64,000 bases of DNA from Paludibacter sp. (GTDB lineage: Bacteria; Bacteroidota; Bacteroidia; Bacteroidales; Paludibacteraceae), in contig JAYFRI010000077.1 in the NCBI GenBank assembly GCA_034926015.1, positions 27,730-91,729 on the forward strand, in the 5' to 3' direction. Below are positions 47,108 to 55,989 of this stretch, piece by piece. Both the position numbers and the translations under genes were made by a program. Position 1 is the first letter of the stretch. Each line of letters opens with the position of its first letter. A model generated the notes under the pieces. That model worked only from the letters and a program-made list of their open reading frames with translations, searched no databases and was not told where the DNA came from.

Positions 47108-50086
47108 TTAAAAGTTAAGGGTTAACCCAATCACAGTCATGACAGGACGTGGATAAACATTATTGTCAATTCCACCAAAAATTTCAGGATCTAAACCTTT
47201 ATATTTGGTTATAACAAAAGGATTCTGTACTGTTGCAGAGAGACGTCCACTCTGAATTACATTGAACAATTTCTTGAATGAATAACCCAAAGTGATATTA
47301 TCGCAACGCAGGAATGAAGCATTCTGAACATAATAATCAGAGAAATACCAGTTGGTGCGACCCACAAAATTGGTTTCGAATGCCGATTGTGGTTTGTTTA
47401 CAAGGAATCCGGAAGTAGACCAAACTCCACTTTGACCAACATTGGCACGGTTAGCAGCTACATCGTTGTACACAAAGTTGCCTACACTTGCACGTAACGT
47501 AAATCCAAAGTCGAAATCTTTATAAATGAGTTTTGAAGAAAAGCCCATTGTGAAATCAGCATTAGGATTATGGAAGAAGTATCTGTCGTCGTCATTAATT
47601 ACGTTATCGCCATTTCTGTCAACATAAAGACCTTCAATTGGTTTGCCGGCATTGTCATACACTTGTTCGTAAACGTAGAAAGAACTTGCAGGATAACCTA
47701 CTGAATGAGCCTGAACATTATTACCTGTTCCTGACGAAATTCCTCCGGTGGCTACATAATATCCTTCCTGAGAACCAGTTGTTAACTTGGTGATTTTATT
47801 GTTGTTATAGGTAAAATTATAGTTTACATCCCATTGCAGATCTTTGGTTACCACAGGCTTGCCTGTGATAGAAACTTCTACCCCTTTGTTTTCGAGCGAA
47901 CCGATATTGCTGATTACACGGTTTTTGAAGTTTGTTCCTGCAGGAATATCTACTATATTTATCAAATCGTCGGTAACGCGTTGATAATAATCTATTGTAC
48001 CTGTCAGTCTGTTATTCAACACTCCCCAATCAATCCCGGCATTATAAGTAGTTGTTTCTTCCCACTTAAGATTTTTATTAAATGCACCCGGTCTGTAAGT
48101 GGTCACATATGCTCCATCCATTGGATAATAAGCACCTTCCTGATTTTCGGTATAAGTAGGAATATAAGGATAATCACCATTATTGATATTTTGCTGTCCT
48201 GTTACTCCATAGCCTAAACGAAGCTTCAGATCCGAAAAAGTTGTATTTCCTTTCATGAAATCTTCTTCCATAATTTTCCATGCAAAAGCAAATGAAGGGA
48301 AAATACCCCAACGTGTTTCAGGAGCAAAACGTGAAGAACCATCGTTACGAACAGTAGCTGTAAGCAGATACTTATTTGCAAAAGTATAGTTCAATCTACC
48401 AAAGAAAGAAACAAGGTAGTTTTCAGTTTTCCAAACCTGAGCCGAAGGATTTGTTACCAAATCTAATGCTGTATAATTCCATTCGCCACTGCGATAATAA
48501 TGTTGCCATTCGTATCCGGCCATCGCATTAACGCTGTGCAAACCTGCTTCTTTGGCATAATCTACAAAGAAAGTAAGGATTTGATTGTTTTTCAACTGAT
48601 CAGAAAAACCTGTACGTCCCATTTGGTTGTCGCTGGGGCTTGTAAGCGGAGTATACAAATCTTGTTTTCCGTATGATCTGTCGATACCCAAATTCAGGTG
48701 AGCACGCATATCGGGGAAAAAGTGAAGTTTATAATCAGCTTCGAAATTACCAATTAAGTTATAGGCATTAGCTTTGTCTTCTTTCAGGTTCAGTGTAGCC
48801 AAAGGATTCTGAACTGCCAAAGAATTAAATGTTGTACCCGAAGTAATCCATTGCCAATATCCACCAAATGTAGTTTTATATGGTTCTTCGTTCGACATAA
48901 CAGGTTTGGTTGGATCCATCGAAGCAGCAGCTCCAATTACACCCTGATCAGCAAACCGGTTATTTACAATCATACCTTTAGCATTGATATTCAATTTCAA
49001 ATGATCTTCGAAAAATGAAGGATTAATACTGAATGCACCTGTAAATCTTTCGAAATTAGATGTTTTGATAATACCATTCTGGTTGGTATAACCTACCGAA
49101 GCACGATAAGGCATACTTTTCAATCCACCGGTAATACTCACGCTATGGTCGTGACCAATGGCTGTACGATAAATCTGACTTTGCCAGTCGGTGTTGGCAT
49201 TTCCCAACGCTCTGTAGGCATCGCTGTTTGTGCCGTACAATTTAGTTACATAGTCGCGATATTCATCTCCGTTTAATACATCGAGTGTTTTACCAACTAC
49301 CCCAACTGACGTATTGCCATCGTAGGTGATACGTGGTTTGGATCCTTTTTCACCTCTTTTGGTAGTGATAATGATAACACCATTTGATGCACGCGAACCA
49401 TAAATAGCTGTAGCCGAAGCATCTTTGAGTACAGTAAATGACTCAATATCGTTTGGATTGATAGTACTTAAAGGATTGGATACACCTTTGATTCCTTCGT
49501 TATCTATTGTCAGACCGTCGATAACAATCAGTGGATCGTTACTTGCCGAAAGGGATGAACCTCCACGAATACGTATAGTAGCACCGGCACCCGGAGCTCC
49601 TCCGTTCGAGGTTACATTTACACCCGCAATTTTACCGGTTATCATGTCCTGCGCATTGGTAGTTAGCCCTTTGTTCAATTTGTCAGGCTTGATAGCAGTA
49701 ATGGAACCGGTGGCATCGTTTTTCTTCACAGTGGCGTAACCAATGGCTACTACTTCGCCAAGTACAACAGCGTCTTCCTGAAGTTTAACGACAATTGTTT
49801 TTTGACCTGCTACCTGAATTTCCTGTGGTTGATAACCAACATATTTAACTACCAGTGTAGCATTTGGGGAAAGAGTAAGACTAAATTCACCATCAAGATT
49901 TGTAATCGTACCATTGGTGGTTCCTTTTTCAAGAATGTTAGCTCCGAGGATAGGCTCCCCACTTACTGCGTCTCTGACTACACCGGTCAATGATAGCTTT
50001 TGTGCATTGACTGAAACGCAAAAAAAAAACATCACAAAAACGGCTAAAAACGCACGTAATTTAAGCTTAAAGTTTGTGTACTTCAT
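47108..50086 (-). CDS. susC: SusC/RagA-family TonB-dependent outer-membrane transporter
   Basis: 992 aa. Carboxypeptidase-regulatory-like N-domain (GVVRDAVSGEPILGANI), plug (GAPGAGATIRIRG, NDPLIVIDG) and terminal F. Confidence 0.95.
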   Translation of the reverse strand: MKYTNFKLKLRAFLAVFVMFFFCVSVNAQKLSLTGVVRDAVSGEPILGANILEKGTTNGTITNLDGEFSLTLSPNATLVVKYVGYQPQEIQVAGQKTIVVKLQEDAVVLGEVVAIGYATVKKNDATGSITAIKPDKLNKGLTTNAQDMITGKIAGVNVTSNGGAPGAGATIRIRGGSSLSASNDPLIVIDGLTIDNEGIKGVSNPLSTINPNDIESFTVLKDASATAIYGSRASNGVIIITTKRGEKGSKPRITYDGNTSVGVVGKTLDVLNGDEYRDYVTKLYGTNSDAYRALGNANTDWQSQIYRTAIGHDHSVSITGGLKSMPYRASVGYTNQNGIIKTSNFERFTGAFSINPSFFEDHLKLNINAKGMIVNNRFADQGVIGAAASMDPTKPVMSNEEPYKTTFGGYWQWITSGTTFNSLAVQNPLATLNLKEDKANAYNLIGNFEADYKLHFFPDMRAHLNLGIDRSYGKQDLYTPLTSPSDNQMGRTGFSDQLKNNQILTFFVDYAKEAGLHSVNAMAGYEWQHYYRSGEWNYTALDLVTNPSAQVWKTENYLVSFFGRLNYTFANKYLLTATVRNDGSSRFAPETRWGIFPSFAFAWKIMEEDFMKGNTTFSDLKLRLGYGVTGQQNINNGDYPYIPTYTENQEGAYYPMDGAYVTTYRPGAFNKNLKWEETTTYNAGIDWGVLNNRLTGTIDYYQRVTDDLINIVDIPAGTNFKNRVISNIGSLENKGVEVSITGKPVVTKDLQWDVNYNFTYNNNKITKLTTGSQEGYYVATGGISSGTGNNVQAHSVGYPASSFYVYEQVYDNAGKPIEGLYVDRNGDNVINDDDRYFFHNPNADFTMGFSSKLIYKDFDFGFTLRASVGNFVYNDVAANRANVGQSGVWSTSGFLVNKPQSAFETNFVGRTNWYFSDYYVQNASFLRCDNITLGYSFKKLFNVIQSGRLSATVQNPFVITKYKGLDPEIFGGIDNNVYPRPVMTVIGLTLNF

Positions 50087-50211
50087 GCATTGATTTTTTT
50101 TAAGGTTGAAACTTCATTTATTTATTTCGTCACAAAATCACCTCCGCTTAACTTTCTGGTTTTTATATTACTACTAACACCAGATTATCAACAGAAGCAA
50201 TTTTATACGCG

Positions 50212-50219
50212 CAAAAATA
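50212..50219 (-). promoter_or_regulatory. -7 box (TATTTTTG on the minus strand) upstream of susC
   Basis: CAAAAATA on the plus strand, about 126 nt upstream of the susC ATG. Confidence 0.4.
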
Positions 50220-50273
50220 GAGGAATAAAACATAATAGCCATCTTTGTTTGTGCTAATACGATTAATTTTTTA

Positions 50274-50287
50274 CGCAATCGTTTGCG
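50274..50287. promoter_or_regulatory. candidate LacI-family operator CGCAATCGTTTGCG
   Basis: 14-bp palindrome (6 of 7 pairs) with a central CG, in the divergent susC-lacI intergenic region. Confidence 0.45.
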
Positions 50288-50339
50288 GATTAATTTGTGT
50301 TTTTTTTCAAAAAAAATTTTTTATTTAAACAAAGTATTA

Positions 50340-50347
50340 TACTTTTG
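50340..50347 (+). promoter_or_regulatory. -7 box TACTTTTG upstream of lacI
   Basis: Exact TAnnTTTG about 140 nt upstream of the ATG. Confidence 0.4.
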
Positions 50348-50488
50348 TAAACAGATAATTGGATAGTTAGCAATCAGCATTTTAAAAGCATATTTTTTAT
50401 TTATCACAATTTGCTCACATTCTGACATTTACAATTTTTAAGTTTTTTAATTTGACTTTTACAGCCTTTTTTTAATACAAAACCCAAC

Positions 50489-51502
50489 ATGATAAAGAAG
50501 CCACAAATTACGATTAAAGATATAGCCCGTGCACTCAACATTTCTCCTTCCACGGTTTCGCGTGCGCTGAAAAATCACCCCGACATTAGTCAGGATACCA
50601 AAGACCTTGTAAATAAATACGCCAAAGACTTTAATTATAAGCCCAACACGTTGGCATTAAGCCTGCGTATGAGCAAAAACAATACAATCGGAGTCATTAT
50701 CCCGGAAATTGTACACTACTTTTTCTCATCTATTCTGTCCGGCATCGAACAAGTAGCCAATGCAGAAGGCTATAACGTTATTATTTGTCAGTCGGACGAA
50801 AACTACGAAAAAGAAGTCCGCAACACCAAAGCGCTGGTTGCCACCAGAGTTTCAGGAGTGTTGGCTTCACTGGCAAAACATACCACCAACTACGACCATT
50901 TTCAGGATATCATCGACAGCGACATCCCGCTCGTTTTCTTCGACCGCATTTGTATTGGCCTTAACACCGACCGCGTAGTAGTGGACGATTATGCCGGCGC
51001 CTTTACTGCGGTGGAATACCTGATACAAACCGGTTGTAAACGAATTGCCTTTTACAGCTCTCCGTTCCACCTCGAAATATCGAAAAACCGCAAAAACGGC
51101 TACATGGACGCACTCAGAAAATACAATCTGCCTGTCGACGAGACTCTGATTCGCGTTTGCGATACCCGCGAAGAAGCTATAATCATTACACCCGAAATAC
51201 TCGACCGGCCAAACAGGCCTGATGGCTTTTTTGCTATCAACGACCACTGTGCTGCCGGAATTTTGTATGCTGCAAAACTCGCCAAACTAAGAGTTCCAAA
51301 AGATGTTGCCATTATGGGCTTTTCCGACGGCGAACTTGCAAAAGCCTGTGACCCTATGCTCAGCACCGTAGAACAACACGGATTCGAAATAGGAAAACAT
51401 GCAGCCAAACTATTGATCGACAAAATAAACGGAGAAACACAAGGACAATACAGCAACAAAATCGTAAAAACAAACCTGATCATCAGAGGAACGACGAAAT
51501 AA
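50489..51502 (+). CDS. LacI-family transcriptional regulator
   Basis: ITIKDIARALNISPSTVSRALKNHPDIS HTH plus a periplasmic-binding-protein-like sugar-binding core. Confidence 0.93.
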   Translation: MIKKPQITIKDIARALNISPSTVSRALKNHPDISQDTKDLVNKYAKDFNYKPNTLALSLRMSKNNTIGVIIPEIVHYFFSSILSGIEQVANAEGYNVIICQSDENYEKEVRNTKALVATRVSGVLASLAKHTTNYDHFQDIIDSDIPLVFFDRICIGLNTDRVVVDDYAGAFTAVEYLIQTGCKRIAFYSSPFHLEISKNRKNGYMDALRKYNLPVDETLIRVCDTREEAIIITPEILDRPNRPDGFFAINDHCAAGILYAAKLAKLRVPKDVAIMGFSDGELAKACDPMLSTVEQHGFEIGKHAAKLLIDKINGETQGQYSNKIVKTNLIIRGTTK

Positions 51503-51504
51503 AA

Positions 51505-51555
51505 GCGTTTCGGGTTCCGGGTTTCGGGTTCCGGGTTTGACGGTTGGTTCGGGAT
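51505..51555. repeat. left flank of the four-helix-bundle cassette: GGGTTCC/GGGTTTC simple repeats
   Basis: GCGTTTCGGGTTCCGGGTTTCGGGTTCCGGGTTTGACGGTTGGTTCGGG. Reverse-complementary to 52073-52104. Confidence 0.85.
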
Positions 51556-51574
51556 GAATGATTGTAAACAGGCA

Positions 51575-51582
51575 TATATTTG
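51575..51582 (+). promoter_or_regulatory. -7 box TATATTTG inside the cassette, upstream of the four-helix-bundle gene
   Basis: Exact TAnnTTTG 28 nt upstream of the ATG at 51610. Confidence 0.4.
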
Positions 51583-51609
51583 AGAATTTTAATCATAATT
51601 ATTTTCACT

Positions 51610-52041
51610 ATGGCTAACATTCAACGATTTGAGGATTTGGATGTCTGGAAACAATCCAGAGAAATATGCAAATTTGTTTATTCCATTACAAATAAAGAGC
51701 ACTTTTCGAAAGACTATTCTTTAAAAGATCAAATAAGACGTTCGAGCGGATCTGAGATGGATAATATCGCGGAAGGATTTGAAAGAGAAGGGAATAAAGA
51801 ATTTATCAATTTCCTTACAATTTCAAAAGGCTCCATTGGTGAAGTTCGCTCGCAAACTTACAGGGCTTTTGATTATGGATATATCAATCCGGAAGAGTTT
51901 GAGTTTTTGATTGAAAATACAAATTTACTGTCAGCAAAACTAGGTAAACTCATTAGCAATCTGAGAAATTCTGAATACAAAGGAGTGAAATACAAAAACA
52001 ATATCGAGTATAAAAACACAGAACAACATAATGGACAATAA
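51610..52041 (+). CDS. four-helix-bundle protein (23S rRNA intervening-sequence protein family)
   Basis: FEDLDVWKQS...SLKDQIRRSSGSEMDNIAEGFER....EFINFL.ISKGSIGEVRSQ is the characteristic family pattern. Confidence 0.85.
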   Translation: MANIQRFEDLDVWKQSREICKFVYSITNKEHFSKDYSLKDQIRRSSGSEMDNIAEGFEREGNKEFINFLTISKGSIGEVRSQTYRAFDYGYINPEEFEFLIENTNLLSAKLGKLISNLRNSEYKGVKYKNNIEYKNTEQHNGQ

Positions 52042-53395
52042 ATCCAAAACACAGAACACGGAACACGGAACACGAAACCCGGAACCCGGAACCCGGAGCC
52101 CGAAGCCTCGCCTCTCTTTTTGGCAAATATGGAACATGAGTTTCGGATTTCTCGGAATTCAGTTTGGCTTTGCACTACAAAACGGAAGTGCATCGCGCAT
52201 TCTTATGACTTTTGGCGCCGATGTACACCATCTGAGCTGGTTTTGGTTGGTGGCACCACTTACAGGAATGATCATTCAGCCCATTATTGGTTACATGAGC
52301 GACCGCACCTGGACAAAATTAGGCCGGAGACGTCCATATTTCCTTGTTGGGGCCATTCTTACAAGCATTGCTCTTATATTAATGCCTAATGCGCCTCATC
52401 TGTCGGATTATATTGCACCAATGTTTGTGGGCGGTGGTTTGCTGATGATCATGGATGCCTCCATCAATATCTCCATGGAACCTTTCAGAGCGTTGGTGGC
52501 CGACAAATTGCCTGAGGAGCAACATACACTTGGATTTTCAATCCAGACATTATTAATAGGTCTGGGAGCCGTGATTGGCTCATGGTTGCCCTATGTACTG
52601 GGAAACTGGTTTGGAGTGGCCAAAGAAGCCGGTTCTGACGGCTTAATCCCTGACAATGTGACTTATTCTTTTTACATAGGAGCTGCTGTACTTATTTTCA
52701 CTATTTTGTGGACTATTTTCAGCACTACAGAATATCCTCCCGAAAAACTTACCGAACATACTACCGGAGAACAAAAGCAAAAGTTTTTTATTCCGCCGGT
52801 AATGACACAGCTCTTGTTGGTACAGTTTTTTTCGTGGTTTGCTTTGTTTTCGATGTGGGTTTACACCACACCGGCGGTAGCATTAAAGTATTTTGGTACC
52901 GCCGATCCTAATTCAGCAGCATTTCAGGAAGCAGGCAATTGGGTGGGAATACTATTCGGCATTTACAACGGTATTTCAGCCGTATTGGCATTGTCGTTAC
53001 CTGTTTTAGCCAAACGACTTTCGAAAAAAAGGACGCATGCCATCGCATTAATGATAGGTGGAATATCATTGCTTTCATTTCTTGTTTTCAACAATTCCGA
53101 TTACCTGATCATTCCAATGATAGGCATCGGCATAGCCTGGGCCAGTATTTTATCAATGCCTTATGCTATGCTTGCCAACTCACTACCACCCCGCCAAATG
53201 GGGATGTACATGGGATTATTCAATATGTCAATCACTATTCCGCAAATTGTAAGTGGAATTACTTCCGGACTTATTTTAAAATACTGGTTCAACGACAATC
53301 CTGTTTTATGCATTGTCATGGCAGGCACTTCATTTATACTGGCAAGTGGTTTATCTTTGTTGATTAAAGAAAAAAATGAAATGCAAAAAGAGTAA
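52031..53395 (+). CDS. MFS sugar transporter (GPH/SLC45-like; maltose/maltodextrin candidate)
   Basis: LSFWQIWNMSFGFLGIQFGFALQ...MSDRTWTKLGRRRPY are conserved motifs. 12 TM. The first 27 aa are repeat-encoded. Confidence 0.85.
   Translation: MDNKSKTQNTEHGTRNPEPGTRSPKPRLSFWQIWNMSFGFLGIQFGFALQNGSASRILMTFGADVHHLSWFWLVAPLTGMIIQPIIGYMSDRTWTKLGRRRPYFLVGAILTSIALILMPNAPHLSDYIAPMFVGGGLLMIMDASINISMEPFRALVADKLPEEQHTLGFSIQTLLIGLGAVIGSWLPYVLGNWFGVAKEAGSDGLIPDNVTYSFYIGAAVLIFTILWTIFSTTEYPPEKLTEHTTGEQKQKFFIPPVMTQLLLVQFFSWFALFSMWVYTTPAVALKYFGTADPNSAAFQEAGNWVGILFGIYNGISAVLALSLPVLAKRLSKKRTHAIALMIGGISLLSFLVFNNSDYLIIPMIGIGIAWASILSMPYAMLANSLPPRQMGMYMGLFNMSITIPQIVSGITSGLILKYWFNDNPVLCIVMAGTSFILASGLSLLIKEKNEMQKE
52046..52112. 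repeat. right flank of the cassette: inverted copy of the simple repeats
   Basis: AACACAGAACACGGAACACGGAACACGAAACCCGGAACCCGGAACCCGGAGCCCGAAGCC. Lies inside the annotated MFS 5' end. Confidence 0.85.
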
Positions 53396-53485
53396 AGCAC
53401 AAAGAGCAAAGAACAAAGACTTAAAGAGCTAAAACCCGGAACTCGAAACACAAAACTCGAAACACGAAACAAACAACATAATATT
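53396..53485. repeat. third patch of related simple repeats between MFS and GH65
   Basis: AGCACAAAGAGCAAAGAACAAAGAC ... AAACCCGGAACTCGAAACACAAAACTCGAAACACGAAAC. 53432-53449 is complementary to 51507-51524 with 1 mismatch. Confidence 0.75.
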
Positions 53486-55792
53486 ATGAACAAATACCTT
53501 CAAACCGACCCCTGGTGCATTATTGAAGAGGGTTTTCATCAAAACAAACAACTGGCTTCCGAGAGTATTTTTAGTCTTGGAAACGGTCAGATTGGCCAGC
53601 GTGCCAATTTCGAAGAACATTATTCAGGCGAAACCATGCTGGGTTCGTACATTGCCGGTATTTACTATCCCGAGCGTGCCGAACACGGTAACTGGAAAAA
53701 CGGCTATTCCGACACCAACGACAAAATTGTAAACGCCCCGAACTGGACAGTGATAAGTGTGCGTCTTAACGACAACCGACTCGACCTTGCCGACTGGGAC
53801 ATCAAAGACTTCCGCCGCACGCTGAATATGCGCGAAGGTTTTCTGGAACGTTCTTTCGAAGCTACAAATTTCAAAGGACACCGCATACAGGTAAGCGTTC
53901 GCCGGTTTCTGAGCATGGCCGAAACAGAGATCGGAGCCATCAGCTACACCGTTAAGTCATTGAATTTCGAAGGTCGAATTTCTTTTTTACCATTAATCGA
54001 TGGTGATGTACGGAACAGTTTCACCAACTACGACGAACCATTCTGGAATGTTTTACAAACTAAAACCGAACAGGATGTTTCGCATCTATGGGCACAAACC
54101 CGCCGCATGGATTTTCATGTTTGCGCCGGACTTACCTATTCGTTTTATAAAAACAACGAACTGCTCAACGTCAATCCAACAAAAATAGAAAAAGAAAAAG
54201 TGGCCGGCTTCAGTGTTGGCACCGACATTCGGATTGGCGACACGGTGTGTCTCAATAAATATGTAGCAGTAATAAGTTCGCTCAATCATCCACGCGAAGA
54301 ACTCACCCTACGCGCCTGTACAATGGCCCGTACCGCCAAAAAGAAAGGGTGGAATCAGCTTTTCGAAGAACATGTAAAAGTTTGGGAAGAAAAATGGTTG
54401 CAGTCCGACGTTATTATCGACAGCGATATTGCGGCTCAGCAAGCCATTCGTTATAGTATTTTCCAGTTGAATCAGACCTACAACGGCAACGATGCGCGCC
54501 TGAACATTAGCCCCAAAGGCTTTACGGGCGAAAAATACTCAGGAGCCACCCGCTGGGACACGGAGGCCATTTGTATTCCTTTTTATCTTTGTACATCGCC
54601 TCAGAATGTTTCAAAAAACCTCTTGCTTTACCGCTTCAGGCATCTTCCGAAAGCCATTCTGAATGCCGAAAAACTGGGTTTCACCAATGGAGCTGCCCTT
54701 TTTCCGGTAGCCACCTTCAATGGCGTAGAGAGCTATAACGAATGGGAAATGACTTTCGAAGAAATTCATCGCAACGGAATAATAGCTTATGCTATATACA
54801 ATTACATTCGATACACAGGCGACGAAAACTACCTTGCCGATTACGGATTGCGCGTTCTTATTGCCATTTCCCGCTTCTGGAGTCAGCGGGTGAGTGTTTC
54901 TACAGAAAAGAAAAAATATGTGATCCTCGGAGTGACAGGGCCAAACATGTACGAAAACAATGTAAACAACAACTGGTTTACAAACTATGTTGCCATTTGG
55001 TGTCTGAAGTATACAATAGAAAGCATCGAAAAGGTGAAGAAAAGCAATTTTCATGCTTTTGAAGACCTCACACAGGAAATAGCTTTTTCGAGCGATGAGA
55101 TTTTCCGCTGGAAAGACATCATCGAAAACATGTACTTCCCCGAAAACAAAGAACTTGGCATCTTCCTTCAGCAGGATGGATTTTTAGACAAATCGCTCAC
55201 TCCTGCCACTGATATTCCCGAAAGTCAACGTCCGGTAATGCAACACTGGAGCTGGGACCGCATCCTCCGCTCTTCGCTCATCAAGCAAGCCGATGTGGTT
55301 CAGGGTCTTTACTTTTTCGAAGATCATTTCGACAAGGAAACTATCAAGCGAAATTTCGAATTTTACGAACCCCTTACTGTTCATGAGTCGTCATTATCGC
55401 CCTGTACGCATTCAATTGTTGCCAGTGCCGTAGGCGATAAACAAAAAGCTTACGACTTGTACCTGCGTACTGCCCGGCTGGATCTGGACGACTACAACAA
55501 CGAAGTAGCCGATGGACTCCATATTACAAGTATGGCCGGCACCTGGCTCGCCATTGTTCAGGGATTTGGCGGCATGCGTGTGAAGGACAACAAACTTCAT
55601 TTCAACCCTCAGATTCCGGAAAAATGGAATGCTTTTGCATTTAACATCTTATTCCGTAACAACCAGCTAAATATAAAAGTCGAAAAACACAAAACGATTA
55701 TTTCAAATATAAAAGGTCCTGCAATAGAGCTGTATTTACGAAAAAAACCAGTACGCATTGAAGCCGAAAGTCAGGAAGAAATTGAGCGTTGA
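53486..55792 (+). CDS. glycoside hydrolase family 65 (maltose/kojibiose phosphorylase-like)
   Basis: 768 aa. DPWCIIEEGF...ESIFSLGNGQIGQRANFEE N-terminus and a GH65 central catalytic region. Confidence 0.88.
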   Translation: MNKYLQTDPWCIIEEGFHQNKQLASESIFSLGNGQIGQRANFEEHYSGETMLGSYIAGIYYPERAEHGNWKNGYSDTNDKIVNAPNWTVISVRLNDNRLDLADWDIKDFRRTLNMREGFLERSFEATNFKGHRIQVSVRRFLSMAETEIGAISYTVKSLNFEGRISFLPLIDGDVRNSFTNYDEPFWNVLQTKTEQDVSHLWAQTRRMDFHVCAGLTYSFYKNNELLNVNPTKIEKEKVAGFSVGTDIRIGDTVCLNKYVAVISSLNHPREELTLRACTMARTAKKKGWNQLFEEHVKVWEEKWLQSDVIIDSDIAAQQAIRYSIFQLNQTYNGNDARLNISPKGFTGEKYSGATRWDTEAICIPFYLCTSPQNVSKNLLLYRFRHLPKAILNAEKLGFTNGAALFPVATFNGVESYNEWEMTFEEIHRNGIIAYAIYNYIRYTGDENYLADYGLRVLIAISRFWSQRVSVSTEKKKYVILGVTGPNMYENNVNNNWFTNYVAIWCLKYTIESIEKVKKSNFHAFEDLTQEIAFSSDEIFRWKDIIENMYFPENKELGIFLQQDGFLDKSLTPATDIPESQRPVMQHWSWDRILRSSLIKQADVVQGLYFFEDHFDKETIKRNFEFYEPLTVHESSLSPCTHSIVASAVGDKQKAYDLYLRTARLDLDDYNNEVADGLHITSMAGTWLAIVQGFGGMRVKDNKLHFNPQIPEKWNAFAFNILFRNNQLNIKVEKHKTIISNIKGPAIELYLRKKPVRIEAESQEEIER

Positions 55793-55834
55793 GTACTTGG
55801 TTTATAAATATAATGTTCTGAACCTATTTTGATG

Positions 55835-55867
55835 AATGATAGTATGACTTTCGGTCATACTATCATT
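55835..55867 (+). terminator. hairpin after the GH65 gene (weak T-tract)
   Basis: AATGATAGTATGAC-tttcg-GTCATACTATCATT, a 14-bp stem. Confidence 0.5.
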
Positions 55868-55923
55868 TCATGCATTCATATTTATTTTTCAGATAGTTGA
55901 CGCATGGAACTCACAATAATCAT

Positions 55924-55931
55924 TATCTTTG
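55924..55931 (+). promoter_or_regulatory. -7 box TATCTTTG upstream of the GH9-like gene
   Basis: Exact TAnnTTTG 59 nt upstream of the ATG. Followed by 12-bp-periodic GTTTAAA repeats. Confidence 0.45.
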
Positions 55932-55989
55932 TTTAAACGTCTGTTTAAATGCTCGTTTCATATTTACTTACTTCTAATCACACATCACA

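Noticed and set aside
51873-52193. Minus-strand ORFs (51873-52193, 51940-52137, 53161-53493) with odd peptides such as FRVPGFVFRVP.
   Set aside because: They are translations of the simple-repeat flanks on the wrong strand and overlap better-supported plus-strand genes.
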